Below, one piece after another: positions 12,301 through 24,290 of a stretch of DNA of 64,000 nt; within the stretch, counting starts at the first letter, position 1; each line of letters opens with the position of its first letter. Origin of the DNA: Antedon mediterranea (lineage: Eukaryota; Animalia; Echinodermata); the NCBI RefSeq assembly GCF_964355755.1, contig NC_092673.1, forward strand, positions 6,634,001 to 6,698,000, in the 5' to 3' direction. The notes beneath the pieces are model-generated. The model was not told the origin of the DNA, made no database searches, and saw nothing but the letters and a program-made list of their open reading frames with translations. A program made the position numbers and the translations under genes.

Positions 12301-15300
12301 TTTGTTTGTTACGGAAACTGAATAAACCACGACAAATAAGTTATTTCTCCATACATAAACATTATTATTCTTCCTCTACAGTTCCTCTACACAAATACCA
12401 AGGCCATAAACAATTAAGGAATACTACCATCAAAGTATGTCAGGCTTGTAATGAACGAGTGCAAACAGAGTGGCAGATGTATAGCATAGATCTACGGGAT
12501 GGAATTCTAAGTAGAATACAGGTAGGCCTAAAACAGCTTTAATAAGCACATATGATACATAGGATATACCACTAATGGACCACGTGTTTCCTGCAATCAG
12601 TCAGACAGACACTATAAGCCTCCACAAATATAATGTTGTCATGAGTTTTACTTTTTGTTTAGTCATTGGTTTTCGTTCATGTGGTCCATAGATTACTGTG
12701 TTATTATAGTGGCACTGTTAGCTAAGTCCTTAATTGTTAACGGCGAGGAAGCATGTCCATACTTCGGTTTGGGTTCTGGCATGAACTTACACATTCTCAT
12801 TTTGCCTCGAAAGTTTCGGGTTATTTTTTTTTGCGCTTTACACATTCAAATCTATTAGTCATTATTGATTTAAATGAATGAGCTTTTAAAAGATTTGAAA
12901 AGATCGACGTCGCGAAGGTCTCCAAGCAATCAATTACCGTAGCGCAATTCTGGGTTGTATGTGACTTGGTATGCCTCATTCTTAACCGGTATGCCTCTTT
13001 CTTGGTTGTCCGGTATGCCTCATTCTTGGTTGTGCGGTATGCCTCATTCTTACTCGGTATGCCTCATTCTTGGTTGCCTGGTATGCCTCATTCTTGGTTG
13101 TCCGGTATGCCTCATTCTTGGTTGTCTGGTATGCCTCATTCTTGGTTGTCCGGTATGCCTCATTCTTACCCGGCGGTATGCCTCATTCTTGGTTGCCCGG
13201 TATATGCCTCATTTTTTCCCGGTATGCCTCATTCATGGTTGCACTGTATGCTTCATTTTGCCCGGTATGCCTCATTCTTGGTTGCCCGGTATGCCTCATT
13301 CTTGATTGCCCTGTATGCTTCATTCTTGCCCGGTATGCCTCATTCTTGGTTGCCCTGTATGCTTCATTCTTGCCCAGTATGCCTCATTCTTGGTTGCCCT
13401 GTATGCTTCATTCTTGCCCAGTATGCCTCATTCTTTCCCGGTATGCCTCATTCTTGGTTGCCCGGTATGTTTCATTCTTTCCCGGTATGCCTCATACTTG
13501 GTTGCCCTGTATGCTTCATTCTTGCCCAGTATGCCTCATTCTTTCCCGGTATGCCTCATTCTTGGTTGCCCGGTATGTCTCATTCTTGGTTGCCCTGTAT
13601 GCTTCATTCTTTCCCGGTATGCCTCATACTTGGTTGTCCTGTATGCTTCATTCTTGCCCAGTATGCCTCATTCTTTCCCGGTATGCCTCATTCTTGGTTG
13701 CCCTGTATGCTTCATTCTTGGCCAGTATGGCCTCATTCTTTCCCGGTATGCCTCATTCTTGGTTGCCCGGTATGTCTCATTCTTGGTTGCCCTGTATGCT
13801 TCATTTCTTTCCCGGTATGTCTCATTCTTGGTTGCCCTGTATGCTTCATTTCTTTCCCGGTATGCCTCATACTTGGTTGCCCTGTATGCCTCATTTTTGG
13901 TTGCCCTGTATGTTTCATTCTTGGTTGACCTGTATGCTTCATTCTTTCCCGGTATGCCTCATACTTGGTTGCCCTGTATGCCTCATTCTTGGTTGCCCTG
14001 TATGTTTCATTCTTGCCCGGTATGCCTCATTCTTGGTTGCCCTGTATGCTTCATTCTTGGTTACCCGGTATGCCTCATTCACGGTTGGCCTGTATGCTTC
14101 ATTCTTGCCCTGTATGCTTCATTCTTGCCCTGTATGCTTCATTCTTGCCCTGTATGCTCCATTCTTGGTTACCCGGTATGCCTCATTCACGGTTGGCCTG
14201 TATGCTTCATTCTTGCCCGATATGTCTTATTCTTGCCCGGTATGCGTTTTTTTTGTGTTTCACGGTTCCATACAAAAAAGTTATTGATTCCCGAGATTAC
14301 TCATAATTTCATTGGGACACAACAAAAGTGGTAAATGAAGCGGTTATATAACTCATTCTCCAATCCAAAGAAGAAGCGTGAACATTTGCTTACTTACCCC
14401 ATCGAGTAAATTGTACTGATCGTCTAAATCTTGAGTCAGGTAAAGCATGGATCTATCCGTGACAGCAGCATTATTTTACCGGCATGAAGAAGAGAATTGA
14501 TATTGCCTAAAAATTGGAAAACAATATGTATCCTTGTTATACTGTATTTCGTTCATTCGTAACATAGTTTAGTCAGTCTCTTCATTCTGTCATATATGTC
14601 ATCACTTCTAATATTTCTAAATAGACATTAGGCCTATATATTAATTTAAAAACAGATCAAACAAATTATGTCTTTTTTAAACCCAGAAACTTGACGACCT
14701 GAAAAAACACGCGGAGTGGAATATCGACACATACAATACTGCAATCAGAGAAGCAAGGTAATAAATACAATTTAAAAAAAACACAGAATTGGTACAATAC
14801 AGAGAATCACATTCATTCAAATTCATTTTAGACATGTATTATCCATAGAATACAATGATATTGCATGTGGTATGTAAGAAACGAAGAAGTTCTTTTGACT
14901 TCCTTCATTGATCAACCAACGCTGACTAAAGCTTGTTTTCATGTCGACGTTATTTCTTTATAACACACCTAGGCACATGCTTGTCATTTGATTGGACAAT
15001 TGTGGGTCAGACCTACATGATATTAAATTTCTTTTATGTAGAGAGTGCCGTGTCGTTATTTCAAAGCAATTTCATAAAAATTAGCTTGATCGTCTGGATT
15101 ATTTTTATTAATTAGAACTTCACAGAAGCGTGGAATTAATTCAGTGAAAGATGAAACGTTATATTTCCACGAGACAAAGCCGAGTAAAACAATACTCATT
15201 ATAAGCACTTATATGGTATTAAATTTTGATTTGTCTCCTTGTCATTGGTTAACTTCGTTTGACGTGTCATGTTCCTCATTTTAACGATTTAGTTAAACAA

Positions 15301-16383
15301 TATTAAAATGGCTGTGTAACGCGTAGGTCTGAATATTGCCATTCTTCTTTGCTCTCGCGGCCAAAATTCAATGAATGTTTTTGTTTTTGCTTTTACAGAG
15401 AAGGTACGAGGCACCATAAGCATAAACGGTTACATCAAATGCGCGACCAAATTGATTCAATTCTTGACGAGTATGATAAAACTTTGTAAGTATGTGTAAA
15501 CATTGAAAATCGGTTCCGATAAGGACGGATGGTGACGATAATGTAGACGATTATGGTGACGATAATGGTAATGTTGACGATAATGGTGACGGTGATGATA
15601 ATGGAGATGATAATGGTGACGGCAAATGGTGATGGCGACGATAATGGTGACGGTGCCGATAATGGTTACGGTGACGATAATGGTAACGGTGACGATAATG
15701 TTGACGGTGAAGGTAATGGTGACAGTGACGATAAGGATGAAGGTCACGAAAATAGTGATAGATGACGATTATGGTTACAGTAAAGGTAACGGTGACGATA
15801 ATTGTGACGGTGACGATAATTATGACGGTGACGGTGACGACAATGGTGACGGTGACGATAATTATGACGGTGACGGTGACGACAATGGTGACGGTGCCCC
15901 ATAATGTGACGATAATTGTGACGGTGACGATAATTGTGACGGTGACGATAATGGTGACGGTGACCATAACGGTAGTGATAATATTCATGAAGATCGTGTT
16001 GATAATTGTGTTGATAATAGCGATGGCGATGACATTACCATATGGCAACTGTAGCCATATATACGTGTTTTTAGTCGCAACTGTAGCCATATACATGGCT
16101 ACAGTTGCGACTAAAAACACGATTTGATTACAGATACACGCTGGTTCGTCAACATACAAACAAAATGCATCTACAATACAATGGGGATTTCGACCAATAT
16201 AGAACAGATTTAGATCGACTAAAACGCAATATATATGATGATTTAAGTTTACAAGAGAGAAGTTGTATAAACGTAAGAAGTTGTTTTTCCCGTCTTTGCC
16301 GTTGTTGTTGCTGTTGCTGCTTCAGTAAATCTACAGACTACGATTATATGGACAATAACTATAACTGCAGTACATTGTTATAA
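9379..16383 (+). CDS. Degenerate FYVE-type zinc-finger protein with helical segment and poly-Cys tail, paralog 2 (spliced, ~278 aa)
   Basis: Exons 9379-9381 (ATG|GTAAGT), 10420-10528, 11330-11506, 12382-12521, 14687-14757, 15399-15485 and 16134-16383. Phases 0/1/1/0/2/2 are all consistent; 837 nt with no stops. Contains LDKLLQIMEEQPK, CFTNTC, CSNHCRLCENTFCDKCS and KVCQAC, then KLDDLKKHAEWNIDTY...RLHQMRDQIDSILDEYDKTL..., ending SCFSRLCRCCCCCCFSK...LL*. The N-terminus is uncertain; a possible extra in-frame exon lies at 8202-8305. Confidence 0.82.
9506..9573. repeat. 23-bp direct repeat x3 (TAGGGACCATCGTTGCTGGTTTG)
   Basis: Three near-perfect tandem copies in the first coding intron of FYVE-like paralog 2. 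Confidence 0.9.
12965..14245. repeat. Intronic minisatellite, mixed ~23-bp and ~18-19-bp units (GGTATGCCTCATTCTTGGTTGCCC)
   Basis: Continuous tandem array between exons 12521 and 14687; generates spurious ORFs in several frames. Confidence 0.95.
15527..16035. repeat. Degenerate (GGTGACGATAAT)n / GAY-triplet simple repeat
   Basis: Low-complexity array in the last intron of FYVE-like paralog 2. Confidence 0.9.
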
Positions 16384-17301
16384 ATTCCAACAGGACAGAT
16401 CCACAATCCACAGTGTCCAAGTACAATTTGAATATTGTATTATGATTTCCGATAATCATTATTGTAATCCGTTCTCCGCTCAAGAAAGATGTGTATCACA
16501 GTGACGCCTATTCATGGAAGGTTAGTTTAAGGGTTTGGTTACAGCCTATGATACTAATAAGCGATATATGTAAAACACATTATGTAGTTTGGTGGCATTC
16601 GGCGGTCGTCGTAAATCGAAAGCTCACTATTATTGAAATAAATAACTTTTGGAAGCTGTAGAAACGGTTGCCATGGTTTACAATATATTACTCTTCTTAG
16701 TATGTTAGTTTAGTATTATTTAGAAAACATCGTACTTAAAGAACTTTCCTATGTCGTGAACATTTTTACCCAACACCGCTTAACCTGAAGACCTACAAAT
16801 GTATTCTGCCAGGCCTAACTTTACAAAATAACTAAGAGACTCAATCAATGAATCATGCTAATAGGTACCAAAATAATAATAACCGGGACCACTTAAAATA
16901 TAAAATACAAAATATAAATCGCCATAATTTTTTTTATATATTATACGGATTTATCTATATTCACTCTTTCCTGATTTAACAGGGCCTATGGTACAATGAA
17001 ACGAAATACAGTAGCCACTTAACCCTATAGGTCTACTTAACTCCAATATTTAAGTATTCGCGTTTGTATATTATATTGTACAAATTATTGTATCATCTTG
17101 ACATCTTTGTTAAATAAAGAATTTATTTTAGAAAATATACGTTACTGCCTACATTTGTGAAATATTGGAAAATATGTGGACCATGCATGGTATAAACTAT
17201 CCAAGTTACAATATCCGAATGGGGTATGAACTATGAGCATCGTGGAATACGCAAACATTTGCTGAAACGACATATTGAGGGCGCTATGCTTTGCCAATTA
17301 T

Positions 17302-17871
17302 CAGAGCCATATTATATAGAAAGTTTCGACATTGAATGGATTATAAGCCATGTTTGTGTTCAAGTATTCCTATGTAGCGTATGGAGTTGAGTCTTTTGTT
17401 TTGAAAATGTATAACGTTCAAAAGGCTTTAATTATCGAATTTAATATTAAAACAATCAATTTGATTAAAGGTTTTTGTTAAAATAATAAAAAAATTATAA
17501 AGTTACTGCGAACATGATTTTAAACAACAAAAATAGCAATTTCGGAACGGCTCTGGCTGTGCGCTCCATGCGCGTTTAGTTTGTACAGCGATTCTCTATA
17601 GTAATGCATTGTTTTTACATTTTGTTGTTTAAAATCATGTTCGCAGTAACTTTATGATTTCGTTATTATCTTAACAAAAACAAATGGATTGTTTTGATAT
17701 TAAACTCGATATTTAAAGCCTTGTGAATGTTATACATTTTTTAAGCAAATAACTCGACTCCATACGCTATATAAGCATAGTTGGACATAAAGATGGCCGG
17801 TGTGCACACCACGTGACTTTCTAAAATCTGTGAACGCAAATGTCGAAACTCTCTCAGTTTATATGGCTCTG
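17302..17871. mobile_element. Foldback-type non-autonomous DNA transposon with 8-bp TSD (hAT- or P-like)
   Basis: Termini CAGAGCCATA...TATGGCTCTG. Perfect direct repeat CCAATTAT at 17294-17301 and 17872-17879. The arms are imperfect inverted repeats of roughly 230 bp. Confidence 0.85.
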
Positions 17872-18559
17872 CCAATTATACGTTAACTTGAGGGCGCTAT
17901 GAGATTCACGTACAATATTACCTCCAATATTCTGACAAGTGAATCATGTCAGAATACTGTACGTGAATCTCAGCAGAGAGAGGGTGCTCTTATCGCTTTG
18001 TACCAAATTGATGTGCGCATGTCACAAAAACACTACGAAATGTGCCCTCGTACATTATAAAGTTCGATTAATTGATTTTGTAACGAAAAATCTCATGTCT
18101 ACGTCTTATTAACAATAATATGCAATAATTTTAAATTCATGATGTATGCTTTGCTGACTAAATAAATTAATAAAGTTTTGTGTTAATATACTGAAGGCTG
18201 AAAATATTAAATAATAAAGGAAAATTATCACATAAGAAATGATGAACGACACTTTTCATAATTTTTTTATTTTTTCTTTGCCGCAAGTACCTCTGTACGC
18301 TTTTTCACCGTTAAGTATGCAATTATATTTTTAACAAGGCCATATACATAGCTGCAGTCGCGTACGTGCTCAAGTTAGTGTTTACCGACCGACCGACCAA
18401 CCGACATAGTGAGCTGTAGATGATAATTATAAGAAAACGTGGAAAAATTTATTAATGGAGAGCAGACTATTTTGACACAATTTGCTCTAGTTAATCAATG
18501 TCGCAACGTCTTTGATTTTGGCAAAGTGATAGCGCCCTCTCCTTGCAAATATTCACGTA

Positions 18560-18740
18560 ACGTTATTTTTCACGCTGCTGCTCTAGCCCGCTACGTCCCA
18601 TTAGGACTACTCAATCAGAAGCTAAAGCAAGCAGCAGTTATAGTTCTAAGGACGACAGTTTTGCGAAAATGGAAACTCTACTATAATTGATTGATTCCAG
18701 CTGCTACAGTAGACCCCAAAAAACGTCTAGGAAAAGAGTC
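18560..18740. repeat. Interspersed repeat (unclassified), second copy at ~28750-28890
   Basis: Shared GCTGCTGCTCTAGCC.GCTACGTCCCAT...CTACTCA...CCAGCTGC...CCCAAAAAACGTCT.GGAAAAGA. Confidence 0.7.
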
Positions 18741-21700
18741 TATTAGGACATAGGACATTATCGAAACAGTCCATTAAAGTTTGTGTTTGTAATAGGATAC
18801 TTCACACTTGAAATATCTAGGGTGATGAAGTGACCCACAGACTTGACCTTAGCAATAAACTTAACTAAAGTGACAGAAATTAAGTATTCACTTCTGTAAA
18901 AAAAAAAAATTTATTCACATATAAAAAGAGAAAAGAAAACCAAAAACCATTGTCTGACAGACAATTTAAGTATTTTTTAAGTACATTTTTTGAGGTAAAA
19001 TAACTATTATGTGACAATAAAATGATGACACATTCAAAAACATTTGAAATAAAAAATATTTTTCAATAAGCGAGCAGCGTTTTTTGTAAGAAATATTTCT
19101 TGTTATATCATGTATTTCGGCAAAGCCTAGCGCCCTCACTTTGTTCACGTACTTTGATGAAATATCTGAAAGTCGGCTAAATATTATTATTATTATTATT
19201 CTTTATTAAAAACAAAACAATTGGCAGCAAATCTGCTGAATTGCATGGTAAGGGACAATATACATTCAAAAGACAAGTAAAGTATAGTCATTATTAAACA
19301 AAATTATCGCAATAACAAAATATAGGAAATCAATTATGACTGAAGGAGTCTAATCAAACATTAGAAACAAATCTCCCTAATTTTGTTTTAATTCGATGAT
19401 TTTGCTTAAGTCTGTTTCAAAATAACATAAGCAATTGTATTTAGGCCGCCGACACGAATTTTGTTATAAAATGTTGGATGACGAGTTACTAAGTTAAGTA
19501 AAGTTCTAATATACAACTAATGAATGTTTAGTAATAGTAGTGCGATGATGATACAAAATTGCATATGACGTAATAGATAATAGTCTATTTTCACGAGGCG
19601 AAGTACGAGTGAAAATAGAAATTCTTATTTCACCGAATGTAATTATTTGTATCATCGCATGAATAGGCCTACAAAACATTAATTATATTTTGTTTACACA
19701 CATACCTTATGTCAAAACGAAACATATTCCTAGGCCTAGAATTAAATTTATACATATTGCTCTCCAAAAAATCTTATTAAGGGAACGCGCGCCATTTTTG
19801 ATCGCGCGCAACGCGACTCTACAGCTCACTATGTCGGTCGGTTGGTCGGTAAGTCGGTAAACACCAACTTGAGCACGTGACTGCAGCCATGTATATGGCC
19901 TTTGTTGTGTAATGTTATTGTTTTACCAAAAAGGGCAAGCAAAACAAAAGGGTGGTTCTATTAGACTTAACGTGTGGACGTTCACAGTAGAAAGGTTTAT
20001 GGAATATTTAATCATAATATATCTCTCAACATTCATTGTTTGTATAATATTTTGAGATAAAAACTGTTAAAGAACTGTTTTTATAAGTATCATTCCTAAT
20101 TTTACAGTATCTTGTGGCATTAGCATTGTCGATGCATTTAACCGTACATACTATAATGTATTACTTACAGCCTTCATGGGTGTAACTTCGGTCTTACAAT
20201 TAAAAAGCGGGGGAGGAAGGATACGCATACAATTCTTTTCAAATTGAAAAGTAACAAAACAGCATGAGCCACATGTGTAGCGTGCTCAATACCATGTGTA
20301 ATACCGATTTTCGATGCGTTTCGACGTGCGGAATGCATTTCACACGTTCAAGATTAGATGTATTCATTAAAAGTTGATAAACGCGGCACATTAAAACTTT
20401 AACAAATACTTTCTAACTAAGTAACAGTCAAATCCACGCATTTATAAAAAAAAAAGGATCAAACAGTATTCTTGAGATTGAATGTTATTGTTGATACGAT
20501 ACAAAAATTAAGAGTCTGGTTGTGATTGATGTAGCGTAAACAAGACCGTATACGTGGCTGCAGTCGCGTCCGCAAATTTAAGTTAGTGTTTACCAACCAA
20601 CCGACAAACCGTTTGCACGCGACCACGGAGAAATAACTTATTTCTCCATGACGCGACTAAAAACAGTTGAGCAGACTCTGAATACGATCGAGCAGACTGC
20701 GTATTCGAGAAAGAATGATGGGATGTACTGTATGAAGATGGATTTTGATTGCAATTACGCCACAACCCAAGCAATCTATTGCACTTGCCTACAAAAGGAT
20801 CAACATGAAAAGAAAAAGTAAGAGAACTTTCAATAAAAACCCCACTATAATTCGAAGCACCCGATTAATAGATTGTCATTTAAATGAAAAAAATTAAAGT
20901 AAACTTATCTTTTCATAATACCCCATAAAGAGGCCCGTGGGCATAAGACGAATCATTTGAAACGACAAATGTTTCTATTGTGCCCGCCTATCTATAAGAT
21001 GCATTCGTGGCGACTGCTTTAACACCATGAGTGGTAAAAATAAAAGGAATTTTATCAGATTGTTTTTAGGATGAACGTTTCTTTAAACGAGTTCCTGGTT
21101 TTAGAAACACATGAACTAAAATAAAACACAAAATGTATACGTGATTAAGCTGTCATTTGCATTAATTTCAAGTTTCGGAGAACTGTGTACCGGTAGTAAT
21201 TAACTAGTAAAACCGTGATTTCCAGGTAGTTCTGCGTATGGCTATTTAAAGAGTTTCCAGTAGAAATGCATAGCGGCAGGAAAGAGTTAATTATTTTACT
21301 CTTCCATGGGAGCAGTTAATAAACACTAAGTAATATGCATTAATCTACAGTACTTTTATTTAACCTCGAAGATTATAATAAAGTTAAATGTGTTCTATTT
21401 TATCTTTCAGTGATAAAAGTTTACTGTATAAATAACCGAATTGTAAACAAACAATTGGCCACACCAATATTTCCGATATAGATTATCATATCTTATACAA
21501 TTATTTCCTCAACAATACTACAATGCTTTGTGGTTTTGTTTGGAAAAAAACAACGGGCCTTATCGAACACAAAAGCTGTAATTATCGAGTTAAGAATGAC
21601 ACATAATGAACGAACAGTAGGCCTAAAGAGTAGAAGAGAGTTGGAAAAACAGAAAATGGTTTAGTCAATAATATTCGGGATGGAAAGGAATCACCACTTT

Positions 21701-22064
21701 CCTGGGATTAGGAAGTTATGTCATAACATTGCTGAATATCCACTCTGACAGAAGTAGTAAGAGTCACAGGAATTGAACAATCGAGCTTGTAATAATAATA
21801 ATTATTATCTTGTGATCTTGTTCTCATTTATTTTTTTCTTGTATATTGTTATTGTAATTAATTGTTTAAAAAAAATGAATAAATGAGCCTTTTATCTACA
21901 GAATTAAAATCCACTGATTAAAACATCGTGAATAAACTATCACTAAATAAAATAATGATCCATTCACGGGGAACTAGGATAAGGGGTTTTAATGTAAACG
22001 TTGACTATAGATGGGGTATAGCATATCACAGGTTTCAACACGATATTAATATGAATATTTAGTT

Positions 22065-22296
22065 GTGAGGTCTGGTGTGTTATGATGCTCGCTCGGCTAC
22101 AAATTCCCTTCCCTGGGTTCAAGCCCTGTCATCAGTCAACTCCACTACCTTGTAAAAAGAGATTTGTTTATGAGAGAATCTGGTATATACGTTTGTCTTG
22201 TGAACAGGGTTACCCCCTTGAAGAAAGATATCAAATTTATTTGCTTATGATTATCATTGCGCTATATAAGAACAGACTATTATTATTATTATTATT
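22065..22296 (+). mobile_element. Degenerate tRNA-derived SINE with L2-like 3' tail
   Basis: A-box-like TGGTGTGTTATG and B-box GGGTTCAAGCCC; ends GCGCTATATAAGAAC..(TAT)n. Confidence 0.5.
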
Positions 22297-24009
22297 GGCA
22301 CTTTTCCTAAATTAATAAGACCACAAATTGACCATTGTTAATCTATTCGATGTTTCTCCATTAAAGTTTCTCTAATGAAGTTCTTCCAAAGGCCGCATAC
22401 TAGTAGTTGACTATAAGTCGTTATGGGCCATATATTTCAACTTAATATTGGTAAAAAGATAATTTTTTTTGGCACACATGGCGTTTCATACGTATAACAG
22501 ATTGAAAAACGACTAATATTTTCCAAAAAAACAAATTGAAACGTCGATTTGGGTGGACCATTATACCTCTATGGGTGGACTAACTTGGGGCAAGTCTATG
22601 GGCCATTGTAAATAAACTACTGTTTACTAAATAGGGAAACGCACTGTTGCGTTACAAGAGTCAATTGCATTCAATAAATGTTTTAATATGATCATTTATT
22701 CTATTTCCCATTTTATTTCGGAAGAATTAAATTTTCCATTAATTTATATCCATACAAAAGCAAAACAGAAATAACAATTTTAGTCTATATTGATACCGTC
22801 ACCGATGATTGATTATGACTAACAAAGCAAAAACAAGGTGCGTTTCAGATAAAGATATAAGACAATATATTTATGTTCTCGAGTCAGACTATTGTTATGA
22901 GGTGAGTTTACAGTAATATAAACATAACAATGCTATAATCATCATTATTTGTATAATATTCAATTCTTTAAAGAAAACAATGATCAAATAGATGAAAACG
23001 TTTATTTTTTTATGTATATGTATAAAATACGGCGAATATTTTATAATTATGAATAGGGGTTTCTAAAATAATAAATAAGTTCGCTGGCAGCTAATTCAGG
23101 GAAAAACCCTAAAGTGGTATCGTATGGGTAGTTAAATTTATTTGCAATAAGTGTAAACATTTTCTCACCAGGATATAGATCGGTCAAGGAGGTAACATAA
23201 GTTACTTCCTGTTTTCAAAGATGATATGAAAAGAACTGTAAGTATATTTATAGGCCTAATGGAAAATGGGTTTAGGGAAATAATTAACCATTATGAAGGA
23301 GTGATCGCCTTCACTAATAATAGAGGCATATTACTGAGGTAGCATATCGCCCGTTTCATTGTAGTCTCTACGTCTGTTTGTTTGGGCTTTGTTTGTGTGG
23401 GGTGAGGAAGGTGCCCGGAAAGTTGTGAAAATAGTTGGCTGAACACATGGATGAATTATATAATTCCTCCTGGTTGAAGACTATTCTTTTTAAAGCTCAT
23501 GTACAAGCATACATTTTAAATATAATATCTGGTTAATTATACATAAATCAAATATTTGTAATAGAAATCAAGACGAAAAAACATGAATTTTCCTTAAAAA
23601 TACAAAATTTGGCCTTTTCAGTAGTCAGGTAGTTTAACCTAATGTAATAACATGTCTTGTGACTCCCTAGAAGGAAGATGGTGGATATACGGTGGATATA
23701 CGGTGGATATTTTTTTCTATAGCATGAAAATAAAACTATATGAAGTTGAATTAAAATACTAGAAATGTAAATTTAAAGTTATATTACCTATATTTACATA
23801 GTTTTTTTTAAATGCCTTATTTTCAGCAAGCTGGTGTAGTAGCACAAATAAAATCTCAAAAAGTGTGAAACATAGGGGATAATTATAGATCGATAATTAT
23901 TGGGATGTATGATCAATAGGAATTTTTGGGCCGCACCTGTGGTCTATGCATAGAAAAGATTACCAATTACCTGTAAGTTATCCTACCTTCCTCTATCAAC
24001 AAGTAAAGA

Positions 24010-24290
24010 ACTGAGTAGTACAGTACGTACATGAGGACGTGAAGAAGTTTGAACAAAATAGAAAGGAACATCGAAATGAACTGAGAGGAGAAAATATCGT
24101 CAAAACTCAAGCACATTGAAGAAACAGACGAGGAGTACACCTTGCCCTATCTGTCAGAATAAACGCAAATCACGAATTGAACTAATAATTAATACAGCCA
24201 CTCAAATATTTAAAATATGTCAAATCTCCCTGCAAAATATCAGACATCATACTCTATAAATAAGGGATAGCGAGGAGAGAGAAGGAGAGG
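24010..24290 (+). mobile_element. Decayed RTE-type LINE 3' end
   Basis: Interrupted frames give HEDVKKFEQNRKEHRNELR...EYT/CPICQ..KSRIEL..YSH, similar to the C-terminal CxxC..SRIGLxSH zinc finger of RTE-clade ORFs. Confidence 0.55.

Noticed and set aside
12955-14334. Long ORFs of 113-405 aa
   Set aside because: They are translations of an intronic minisatellite in multiple frames, with no splice or domain support.
15457-16159. Thr/Val/Ile- and Asp/Gly-rich ORFs on both strands
   Set aside because: Simple-repeat artefacts inside the phase-2 intron 15486-16133.
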